Assembly: GCA_963815195.1 (NCBI GenBank)
Contig: CAWFGE010000004.1
Coordinates: forward strand, 32,001 to 96,000
Origin: an uncultured Planctomycetaceae bacterium
Lineage (GTDB): Bacteria; Planctomycetota; Planctomycetia; Planctomycetales; Planctomycetaceae
DNA: 64,000 nt
Direction: 5' to 3'
The position numbers and the translations under genes were made by a program. The notes under the pieces are model-generated. The model did no database searches, had not been told where the DNA came from, and worked only from the letters and a program-made list of their open reading frames with translations. Below are positions 1 to 8,821 of the stretch, piece by piece (the stretch's first letter is position 1; the number at the start of each line of letters is the position of its first letter).

Positions 1-9
1 ATGTGACGT

Positions 10-408
10 ATGCCGACGAGTGAAACCTTCGCCAAAGTTCAAGAAGTCCTGGTGGACGCCCTCGGCGTCGATGACGATGAGGTGACGCCCGAAGCGACGC
101 TGCAAGGCGATCTGGGAGCCGAGTCCATCGACTTCCTCGACATCGTGTTCCGCCTGGAAAAGAGCTTCGACATCCGCATTCCCCGCGGCGAGCTCTTCCC
201 GGAAAACCTCACCGGCTCGGACGCGGGCTATGTCGAAAACGGCAAGCTCACCGATGTCGGCATCAACGCCCTTCGCAAACGGCTGCCGCACACCGACATC
301 GACAAACTCGCCGCCGACCCCCGCGTGGAAAACATCCCGGATCTGTTCACCGTGCAGTCGGTGGTCAATTTCCTGGACCAGAAACTGGGCGAATCCAAAG
401 CCGCCTGA
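10..408 (+). CDS. acpP: Acyl carrier protein, long planctomycete type
   Basis: DLGAESIDFLDI phosphopantetheine motif; acidic; internal insertion gives 132 aa; upstream of fabZ/fabF. Confidence 0.9.
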   Translation: MPTSETFAKVQEVLVDALGVDDDEVTPEATLQGDLGAESIDFLDIVFRLEKSFDIRIPRGELFPENLTGSDAGYVENGKLTDVGINALRKRLPHTDIDKLAADPRVENIPDLFTVQSVVNFLDQKLGESKAA

Positions 409-439
409 GTTTGGCCAAGGATTTCGCGTAAATCCCATC

Positions 440-489
440 CCCAAGCCGACGCCTTGGCGTCGCGACCGACCACAAGTGGTCGGCTTGGG
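440..489. repeat. Intergenic inverted repeat (REP-like hairpin)
   Basis: cccaagccgac (440-450) pairs with gtcggcttggg (479-489). Confidence 0.6.
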
Positions 490-514
490 AAGTTTCAACC
501 AAAGGCCGTAGGCG

Positions 515-1000
515 ATGCGCTGGGTTTGGATTGACCGATTCCTTGAATTTGAAAGCGGCTCCCATGCCAAGGCGGTGAAGAACATCACCTTGGCCGAGGA
601 GCATTTGCACGACCATTTTCCCGGCTTTCCGGTGATGCCGGGGTCGCTGATGATCGAAGGCATGGCCCAAACGGGCGGGATTCTGCTGGGGGAAGCCAAC
701 GACTTTCGGCACATCGTGATCCTCGCCAAGGTCCCCAAGGTCACGTTCCATAGCTGGGCCTGCCCCGGTGACACGTTGATTTACGAGGCCCGCCTGATCG
801 ATGTCCGCGACGAAGGCGGCACGGTGGAATGCCGGGCGACCGTCGGCAGCCGGCTGGTCGCCGAGGCGGAAATCATGTTTGCCCACCTGGATCAAAAAGG
901 CCCCGAACTCCAGGCGGTCGATCAAAAGAACTTTGTATTTTCGACCGGTTTATTAAGCGTCCTCGACGTCGGCAAAGCCGGCGACGGTATGAAAACATAA
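515..1000 (+). CDS. fabZ: 3-hydroxyacyl-ACP dehydratase (FabA/FabZ hotdog family)
   Basis: HFPGFPVMPGSLMIEGMAQ motif. Confidence 0.9.
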   Translation: MRWVWIDRFLEFESGSHAKAVKNITLAEEHLHDHFPGFPVMPGSLMIEGMAQTGGILLGEANDFRHIVILAKVPKVTFHSWACPGDTLIYEARLIDVRDEGGTVECRATVGSRLVAEAEIMFAHLDQKGPELQAVDQKNFVFSTGLLSVLDVGKAGDGMKT

Positions 1001-1002
1001 AT

Positions 1003-1145
1003 GGCGAGCGGGGGGCGTCAGCCCCCCGGTTTCATGGATCGCTTCAAAACCCTGACAATCGCAATCGCGGTTGTTCGTGAAATCTTGGTTTCTAAGGGTT
1101 TTGATCCATGGGGAATAACCAGGGGGCTTACGCACCCCGCTCGCC
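1003..1145. repeat. REP/REPIN element, family A
   Basis: ggcgagcggggggcgtcagcccccc ... gggggcttacgcaccccgctcgcc inverted arms; second copy at 27398-27532. Confidence 0.8.
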
Positions 1146-1181
1146 TGGGTTTTACTTTTTCTCAAGCGACGAGCCAAATCC

Positions 1182-2465
1182 ATGAGACGCCGAGTGGTGG
1201 TGACGGGCCTGGGCTGTGTGACCCCCGTGGGAAACGATGTCAACACAATGTGGGAATCGCTCCGCAAATCGCGGAGCGGGATCGGCAAGATCACGCACTT
1301 CGATGCCGGCAACTTCCCCACCCGGATCGCCGCGGAGGTCAAAGGCTACGACTTCCGCCCATTCGTCGATGATCCCGCCCGCTTCGAGCACGCGGGCCGG
1401 AACATCCGCTTTGCGATCGGGGCGGCTCATCAAGCGGTCCACGATGCGGGCCTTCCGGAAATCGATCTCGATCCCACGCGGTTCGGAGTTTATCTGGGAG
1501 CCGGCGAAGGGCAGCAGGATTTCCCGCTGTTTATGAGCATGGTCGCCCAATCCTACGTGGACGGCGAGGTCGATCTGACGAAGTTCACCGAATGCGCGCT
1601 CGCGATGCTCAATCCGCAGGAAGAATTGGAGCAGGAGCCGAACCGCACCGCCGGGCATCTGGCGAGCCTGTTCCACGCGCAAGGGCCGAACCTCAACTGC
1701 CTGACCGCGTGCGCCGCGTCGAGCCAGGCCATCGGCGAAGCAACCGAGATCATCCGCCGGGGCGATGCCGACGTGATGCTCTCCGGCGGAGCACACAGCA
1801 TGATTCACCCCTTCGGCGTCACGGGTTTCAATCTGCTCACGGCCCTTTCGACGAGCAACGCCAATCCCCCGAAGGCCTCGCGGCCGTTCGACAAGAACCG
1901 CGACGGCTTTGTCCTGGGCGAAGGCGCGGGCATGCTGATCCTCGAAGAACTGGAGCAGGCCAAAAAACGCGGGGCCCAGATTTACGGCGAGGTTTTGGGT
2001 TACGGCACGAGTGCGGACGCCTACGCGATCACCGACATTCATCCCGAAGGCCGGGGCGCCGTGTCCTGCATTTCGCATGCGCTCAAAGATGCCGGTTTGA
2101 ATACCGATCAGATCGATTACATCAACGCCCACGGGACGAGCACGGCCGTCAACGACCGCGTGGAGACGTCCGCGATCAAGCAGGTCCTCGGAGCCGACGC
2201 CAAGTCCACGCCCGTCTCCAGCATCAAAAGCATGATGGGCCATCTCATCGCCGCCGCCGGCAGCGTGGAAGCGATTGCCTGCCTGTTGGCGATCCGCGAC
2301 GGCATCCTGCCGCCGACCACGAACTACGAGACGCCCGATCCCGATTGCGATTTGGATTACATCCCCAACACCGCACGGGAGCAAACGGTCAACCGGGCGC
2401 TCTCTAACAGCTTCGGCTTCGGCGGCCAGAACATCTCGCTCATCTTCGGCAAGTTCGCCGCTTGA
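1182..2465 (+). CDS. fabF: Beta-ketoacyl-ACP synthase II
   Basis: TACAASSQAIG catalytic Cys, NAHGTST, KSMMGHL and SNSFGFGGQN motifs. Confidence 0.95.
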   Translation: MRRRVVVTGLGCVTPVGNDVNTMWESLRKSRSGIGKITHFDAGNFPTRIAAEVKGYDFRPFVDDPARFEHAGRNIRFAIGAAHQAVHDAGLPEIDLDPTRFGVYLGAGEGQQDFPLFMSMVAQSYVDGEVDLTKFTECALAMLNPQEELEQEPNRTAGHLASLFHAQGPNLNCLTACAASSQAIGEATEIIRRGDADVMLSGGAHSMIHPFGVTGFNLLTALSTSNANPPKASRPFDKNRDGFVLGEGAGMLILEELEQAKKRGAQIYGEVLGYGTSADAYAITDIHPEGRGAVSCISHALKDAGLNTDQIDYINAHGTSTAVNDRVETSAIKQVLGADAKSTPVSSIKSMMGHLIAAAGSVEAIACLLAIRDGILPPTTNYETPDPDCDLDYIPNTAREQTVNRALSNSFGFGGQNISLIFGKFAA

Positions 2466-2723
2466 TCAGACGAGGTGCGTGTCTGAGCGCGCATTGTCCG
2501 GAGAGGCGATTTCGAACCGCCGAGATCCTTGCTCGATGGCACGGTGCAGGGGAGGATCGCCGGTGCGAACTTCATCGATACCACGCGTGAAACGCTATCG
2601 CGGGGTCGCCCCGGCAATATCGCGGCCGGCTTGGGAATGGAATTCCTGCCGGCGATCTTTTATCCTCCAACCGGAATTCCCTCCCTGCTCGAGATGGAAA
2701 CATCAAACCGAAAGGACGCTTCC

Positions 2724-3326
2724 ATGATCCGAAACCCCCTCTTCCCGGCACTGCTCGCCGGTTGCTGTAGTTTGGCCTTGCTTGGCTGCGCACGCTCGGA
2801 GGCCAAAAAAGACGATCTCTCCCAAGCCGAAAAAGAACTGGCCAAGGAGAGAGACACGAATAAAGACAATCCGCCCAAAAAGCAAACCGTCACGGTCAGT
2901 CTCGTAACCCCGCAAGAACTCGGCGCGGCGATCGAAAAGCACAAGGGTCAGGTTGTGTTGGTGGACTTCTGGGCGACGTGGTGCATTCCCTGCATCAAGA
3001 ATTTCCCTCACACGGTGGAATGGCAGAAAGGATACGGCGACAAAGGGCTGGCCGTGATCTCGGTGAGCATGGACGACACCGATGAGGAAAAGCAAACCGA
3101 GGTCCTCGAATTCTTAAAAAAGCAGAACGCCACGTTTACCAACTTTCAAAGCAAGCTGGGCGGCGATGAAGAAGGCATGCAGGGCTTTCAAATCCCCGGC
3201 GGCGCGATTCCCTATTACAAACTCTACGACAAGACCGGAAAACTCGCCAAGACCTTCGAGCAGGATCCCTGCAATCCCTTCGACGCCAAAGACATCGAAG
3301 CCGCCATCCAGGAAGCCCTAAAATAG
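2724..3326 (+). CDS. TlpA/ResA family thiol-disulfide oxidoreductase, probable lipoprotein
   Basis: LVDFWATWCIPC motif; lipobox-like LLGC; ATG at 2724 after AAGGA RBS. Confidence 0.85.
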   Translation: MIRNPLFPALLAGCCSLALLGCARSEAKKDDLSQAEKELAKERDTNKDNPPKKQTVTVSLVTPQELGAAIEKHKGQVVLVDFWATWCIPCIKNFPHTVEWQKGYGDKGLAVISVSMDDTDEEKQTEVLEFLKKQNATFTNFQSKLGGDEEGMQGFQIPGGAIPYYKLYDKTGKLAKTFEQDPCNPFDAKDIEAAIQEALK

Positions 3327-3352
3327 CGTGGCCGTTTTGCGCGATTTCTGCT

Positions 3353-4111
3353 TCAAATCCGAAGCACGAAATCCGAAATCCGAAACAAATTCAAAACTCC
3401 AATTCCGAATGTCCCAAACAATAAGGCACACCCGAAGCGGGGAGTTTGGTTTTTGGAATCTCGGTCATGAGGATTTATTTCGGATTTCGAGATGCGGACT
3501 TCGGATTTTCCGGCCCGGCGGGGTCGGGAGAATCTCCAAATAAGAAGGACGGCTCCGCCAAACATCAGGGCGACCCATGTCCAATAGGCGGGGCCGAACA
3601 CGACCGTGGCGTTGAACATCATGAACGCAAACGCCGCGTGCGTCGCCCAGAATTGGAAACGGGGCGGATTGGTTTGCGCCTTTCGCCGCCGCCAGCGGAA
3701 TGCGTCGAACAGCCAGTACGCCGCGAAGGCATAGTTGAAATAAATCCCGCCGCCCCAGTCCCAGCCGGTGACTTGGGCGGTTTGTTCGGCGGTGTGCCGG
3801 ACGGCCTCGGCGTGGCTCCAATGATGGACGAACTGAAACGCCGCCCCAACGTGCACCGCCATCGCCAAAGCCCCCAGCGTCCAAGACCGCCGCGTCCACA
3901 CGGCGAGCGATTGCGACGGTGAACCGCTCAAATCCGCCAGGACGCGAAGCAGATAACACGCGACCGCGAGCTGTGCCGTTCCCCGCGTGATCGCTTCTCC
4001 CCACGGCATTTTTCGATGAACCTTTCGGACGTTCGGGCGGTTCGCTTGCGAATCCTGCCGGAGTTGGGATGATGCGCTAAGTGGCGTGATTGGAAACATA
4101 AATTCCGCCAA
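3353..4111 (-). CDS. Hypothetical integral membrane protein; start uncertain, C-terminus reads through a repeat element
   Basis: Several hydrophobic segments with His-rich motif HHWSHAEA; last ~50 aa come from the 3355-3510 repeat. Confidence 0.6.
   Translation of the reverse strand: MAEFMFPITPLSASSQLRQDSQANRPNVRKVHRKMPWGEAITRGTAQLAVACYLLRVLADLSGSPSQSLAVWTRRSWTLGALAMAVHVGAAFQFVHHWSHAEAVRHTAEQTAQVTGWDWGGGIYFNYAFAAYWLFDAFRWRRRKAQTNPPRFQFWATHAAFAFMMFNATVVFGPAYWTWVALMFGGAVLLIWRFSRPRRAGKSEVRISKSEINPHDRDSKNQTPRFGCALLFGTFGIGVLNLFRISDFVLRI
3355..3510. repeat. Imperfect inverted repeat built of AAATCCG-type heptamers
   Basis: aaatccgaagcacgaaatccgaaatccgaaac ... tttcggatttcgagatgcggacttcggatttt. Confidence 0.75.
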
Positions 4112-4112
4112 A

Positions 4113-4211
4113 GTGAGCGGCCGGGTACCCTCTGGGTGGCTAGCCGCCGGTCTTGGCTTTGGGAATCTCGCTTCATCTTCATAGAAACCGGAGGCTAGCG
4201 CCTACCGCTCA
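4113..4211. repeat. REP/REPIN element, family B
   Basis: gtgagcgg..gctagccgccgg ... ccggaggctagcgcctaccgctca; related copies at 24769-24840 and 62204-62269. Confidence 0.8.
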
Positions 4212-4250
4212 GATTTTCCCCTTTCGACCTCCAACCGCGAACGAGGCCTT

Positions 4251-5460
4251 ATGATCGATATTCACCAATTCACCCGGCAATTGCAAAGGAAGAACGATTT
4301 CGAAGATCGTCCTCGTCGTCAGTGACGGCCTGGGCGGACTGCCGCTTAAGCCCGGCGGCAAAACGGAATTGGAGACCGCGAAGACGCCGAATCTCGATGC
4401 CCTCGCCCGCCGAGGCGTGTCGGGATTGAGCACGCCGGTGTTTCCCGGGATCGCGCCGGGCAGCGGGCCCGGGCACTTGGGGCTCTTCGGGTATGATCCG
4501 CTGAAATATCAAATCGGCCGCGGCGTGCTGGAGGCGTTGGGCATCGATTTCGATTTGGGGCCGAACGACGTGGCGATCCGCGGCAACTTTTGCACGCTGG
4601 ACGAGGCCGGCAATATCACCGACCGCCGAGCCGGGCGGATCGCCTCGGACATTGGAGCAAAACTCTGCGAGAAGCTCGATCAAATCCAAATTGCGGGCGT
4701 GGAAGTTTTCGTGCGGCCGGTGAAGGAATACCGGCTGGTGATCGTCCTGCGGGGCGAAGGGCTGACGGCGGGCATTCACGACACGGATCCCCAAGCCACG
4801 GGCGTGCCGCCGCTCGATCCCGTCCCGCAAAATCCCGATTCGCAATCCGCCGCGGAGATCATCCGGGAGTTTTTGCGCCAGGCCCGCGAAGTGCTGAAAG
4901 ACGATGCCCCGGCGAACTTTTTGACGCTCCGCGGGATTGCCAAGCGGCCGGAGATCCCCACGTTTGACGATGTGTACGGCACTCGGGCGTCGGCGATCGC
5001 GGTGTATCCGATGTATCGCGGTTTGGCGCGGCTGGTGCATATGGATGTGCTCGACGCCGGCAGCACATTGGACGATCAACTCGCCCGGCTGGAAGCCGTC
5101 TGGAACGATTACGACTTCTTCTTCGTGCACTACAAGTACACGGACTCGACCGGGGAAGACGGGAATTTCGACGCGAAGGTCGAGCGGACGGAGACGTTGG
5201 ATGCCGCAATTCCCCGCATCACGGCGCTCGAGCCGACGGTGCTGATCGTCACGGGCGACCACAGCACGCCGTCGAAATTGAAGTCCCACAGTTGGCATCC
5301 CGTGCCTGTGGTTTTGGCCGCGGAGACCTGCCGGTTCGACGGCTGCGAGTCGTTCGGGGAAAGCGAATGCCTGAAAGGAGGCTTGGGGCAGTTCGAGGCG
5401 AAATACCTGATGCCGTTGGCGTTGGCTCATGCCGGGCGATTGGAAAAGTTCGGCGCGTGA
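4251..5460 (+). CDS. apgM: 2,3-bisphosphoglycerate-independent phosphoglycerate mutase (ApgM type), frameshifted near 4298
   Basis: KIVLVVSDGLGG, PGSGPGHLGLFGYDP, TGDHSTP and HSWHPVP motifs; ATG at 4251 is one frame off the main ORF. Confidence 0.88.
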
Positions 5461-5655
5461 GAGGAAAACACATTCCAAAGAATGAGACGAGCCCGGAGGC
5501 TGAGGGGGCCTCCGGGCAGTCTGTCTCACGACATATCAAAAACGGGATTGAATAGGCGTGTGGGAGGCACGTCCGTGAGGTTCAATCCCTGGGTGGCCGA
5601 ATCTTCCAAGATTGTCGAGCAAGAAGGAAGCAGTCCCAACCGGACTTCCAATGCC

Positions 5656-6055
5656 TTAGTTACCGAACAAGCAGCATTTCTTCGCCGGAGCGCAGCAGAC
5701 TGGGAGCGACATTGCAGCAGGTCGGCGTGGGGCAGCAGCAGCTGGGAGCGACGTTGCAGCAGGTGGCCGAGGGGCAGCAGCAGCTCGGGGAGGTGTTGCA
5801 GCACTTGGGCGCACAGGACGGAGCGCAGCTCGGGGCACAGCTCGGGCCACAGGCCGGAGCGCAGCAGCTGGGAGCGACGTTGCAGCAATGGGGCGCCGGA
5901 GCGCAGCAGCTCGGGGCACAGCCCGTTTCGCAACACTGAGGCGCGGGGCAGCAACAGGTCGCCTGCTTGTTGAAACAGTCGAACAATCCGGCTTTAGCGT
6001 CCACGGCGCTAAAGCAACAAACCATCATAGCGGCAGACAGGGTGATCCATTTCAT
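5656..6055 (-). CDS. Secreted Cys/Pro-rich repeat protein, probable 1-nt frameshift near 5700
   Basis: Signal peptide (AKA) followed by repeated [13 protein letters not shown] units; removing one base gives ...[20 protein letters not shown] at 5656. Confidence 0.75.
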
Positions 6056-6401
6056 ATCAGCGCATCTCCACGAAAAGATTGATGAGACGAACAGGGGAAC
6101 CCAAGAGGTTGCGACGGGGTGGAAGGGGCCACCCGATGAATAGCAGTCTTGCTTTCCTGTGTTCTGTTGGGAAGGTGATTAACACTGACAATGTTTTCGT
6201 CATTCCCTTCCGAGTTCGCTGACGGAAAACCCGCGTGTTCCGAGGCTCGCTCCGGAAGTGGTCCACACGTGTTGATTGTGCGGGTTGTGTGACGGGCCGA
6301 TCGGCAATCTGCCGCCGGAAAGTCTAAAGTTGCTACGATGTTAGGAGCATTCGTCGAGCGAAATCCGACGCAAACGCTCGCCCGAAATAAGACCGAATCC
6401 A

Positions 6402-7298
6402 ATGGAAAATGTTGTATCGATTTTGGGGGCCGTTTCGCTTCTGATCGTCGCGCCTGTTGTGCTTCGTGTAGGGCGGTTTGTCCGCGGCACGACGCTCGTC
6501 ACGGCATGGCGCTGGGGGGTCGCCGGCCTTTTGATGTGGGAAGCCGCGTGGGCCGCGGATGGCTTCAACGTGCCGCTGTCGGTCCAGGACCAGCTGTGGT
6601 ATGCCGCCGGCATTTTGGGATTGTGCCCCCCGATTGCGGTCCTGGGAGCCAAACGTCCCGGGGCCCGCGTGTGGGCCGCGTTTGTCGTGCTGCCTTTGGT
6701 GCTGGTGTTCGCTTGGCCGGCGTTCGTCGAATGGATTCGCCAAATCCCGCCCGAGCGATTGCATCTGGAAACGCCCATGCTGTTGGGGTATTTCCTGGTG
6801 TTGCTTATGGGCTACGGGAATTACGTGGGCACAAGGCATACGCTCCCCGCCCTCTTGGCCGCGGCCGCCTTGGGCTGGCTGGTGTTCCAACTGTCTCAAA
6901 CCGCAGAGCCCGACGAACCGTTAAAACCCCTCGGGCCCACCCTGCTCTTTGTCACAGCCGGTTTAATCGCGCAATTCCTCAAAGCCCCGCGAGAGACCGC
7001 CGCCGGCTTCGATCGGCTCTGGCAGGATTTCCAGGATGCGTTCGGCATCGTCTGGGCCAGGCGTGTGCTCGACCGCGTGAACTACGCCGCCCGCCAGGAG
7101 CAATGGTCCGCTCACTGGGAAATGCAGGGGATCGTCTGGAATCCCGATGCGACCGACTCGGAGCGGCAGCACACGCTGGACCGCGCGGACCACACCTTCC
7201 GCTGGCTGTTCAGAAGATTCGTCGATCCCGAATGGATCGAAGAGCGCTTGAAGCCACAGCAGCCCGAAGCGCCAGCGCGGGAATTGCCGTCGGGGTAG
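6402..7298 (+). CDS. Hypothetical multi-pass membrane protein
   Basis: About 8 hydrophobic segments and a soluble C-terminus; GC-rich codon usage. Confidence 0.75.
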   Translation: MENVVSILGAVSLLIVAPVVLRVGRFVRGTTLVTAWRWGVAGLLMWEAAWAADGFNVPLSVQDQLWYAAGILGLCPPIAVLGAKRPGARVWAAFVVLPLVLVFAWPAFVEWIRQIPPERLHLETPMLLGYFLVLLMGYGNYVGTRHTLPALLAAAALGWLVFQLSQTAEPDEPLKPLGPTLLFVTAGLIAQFLKAPRETAAGFDRLWQDFQDAFGIVWARRVLDRVNYAARQEQWSAHWEMQGIVWNPDATDSERQHTLDRADHTFRWLFRRFVDPEWIEERLKPQQPEAPARELPSG

Positions 7299-7307
7299 AA
7301 CCAAAGC

Positions 7308-8697
7308 TCATTTGCCGATGCAGAACTTGCTGAAAATGCGGTCCAGAATGTCGTCCGTATACACGCTTCCCAGAATCCGGCCCAGATGCTCGAGGGCCTG
7401 GTGGAGTTCCACCGCGATCAATTCATCCCCGGCACACAGCGTCGCCGCGCCCACCGCTTCCCGCAATGATTCGGCCGCCGAGGTCAAACTCTCCCGGCAG
7501 CGGGCGGCGGTGGTGCCGATCAACTGCCGGCTTCGCCCGGAGGCCGACGCCATCCGCCGGGCGATTTCCGCCTGAAGTTCCGGAAGCCCTTCCCCCGTGA
7601 GCGCCGACACGCGAACCGCCGGCGTTTCCTCATTGGGGAATGCAGGCAGGCTCGGCAAATCCGATTTCGTCCGCACCAGAACGAGCGGAACTTGCCGGGC
7701 GTCAAATTCCGCGAGCAGTTGCCGATTGATGCCGGCTTCGTCCGCGGAAACGTCGCTCGCGATGCAGTACAATAACAGATCGGCATTAGTGGAATGCTCG
7801 TGCCGGCGTTGGTCGGCTTCCCGCATCAGTTCTGTCGGGGCGGACTCCCAGCCGGCGGTGTCATAGAGTTCCAAGGCCAATCCGTACCAATCCGCCGCCG
7901 CGTAGAGCACGTCGCGGGTCGTGCCTTTGATGTCGGAGACGATCGCCGCCTCGTCACCGACGAGTGCATTGAACAGAAAACTTTTCCCCGCATTCGGCAG
8001 CCCCGCCAAAACAACCCGCAAACGCCCGGTGGATTGCATGCGGCTTTCCGCCTGCGTGGACAGCCGGCCGATCGTCTCCGCGGCGGCGTTCAAGCGGGCG
8101 ATGAGATCCGCGCGTTCGACGAACTCGATGTCCTCTTCGACGAAATCGAGGCCGGCTTCCAGATCGGACAGCAAATCGAGGAGGTCGCCACGCACCTCGG
8201 CGATTTTCCCGGACAGTCCGCCGCCAAGCTGTTTGAGAGCGGTCTCCAACTCCTCGTGGTCCCGGGCATCGATCACGCCGAGCACGGCCTCGGCCTCGAT
8301 CAAATCCAATCGCCCCGCCAGAAACGCCCGCAGCGTAAATTCCCCCGGACTGCGCCGCGCGAACACCGTGCCGAAATAATTCGGACAGCAGAAGCTCCAA
8401 AATCGGCGGGGAACCCACGGCGTGGATTTCCGCCAAGGGCTGCCCCGTGTAACTCCGGCGGGTCGGCCAGAACAGCACATCGGCCGGCACGGGAGGAAAA
8501 TCGCGTTCCACGTCCAATCGAAAGACCCCGTGAAACCGCCTCGGCAGCCGCGAATCGGCGGGTGGGGAAAATTCTTCGAGCACATCCAACAGCGCGGTTC
8601 GCACCTCAGGACCGCTGATGCGAATGATCCCCCGCGCCGCCGCACCGGGAGCCGACGCCAACGCCGCCACGGTATCATCAAGCTGGAAACTGGCCAT
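7308..8697 (-). CDS. mnmE: tRNA modification GTPase MnmE, frameshifted near 8349
   Basis: DTVAALAS N-terminus, PGEFTLRAFLAGRLDL, GLPNAGKS, GTTRD, DTAG and C-terminal FSKFCIGK; adjacent to yidC. Confidence 0.93.
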
Positions 8698-8821
8698 GCA
8701 TCAAAGGGAAGGAATGTGAGCGCCGACAATTCGACTCGCCAACCTCGATCCTCAATTGGAATCGCTCCGACGGCTTGGGCTGATTAGAGACACGACCCGA
8801 AGATTCCGTGATGACGAAACG

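Noticed and set aside
7308..8697. Programmed frameshifting or pseudogenisation of mnmE, ribBA, hldE and waaF
   Set aside because: No slippery sites, and the indels are scattered over unrelated conserved genes; assembly error is more parsimonious
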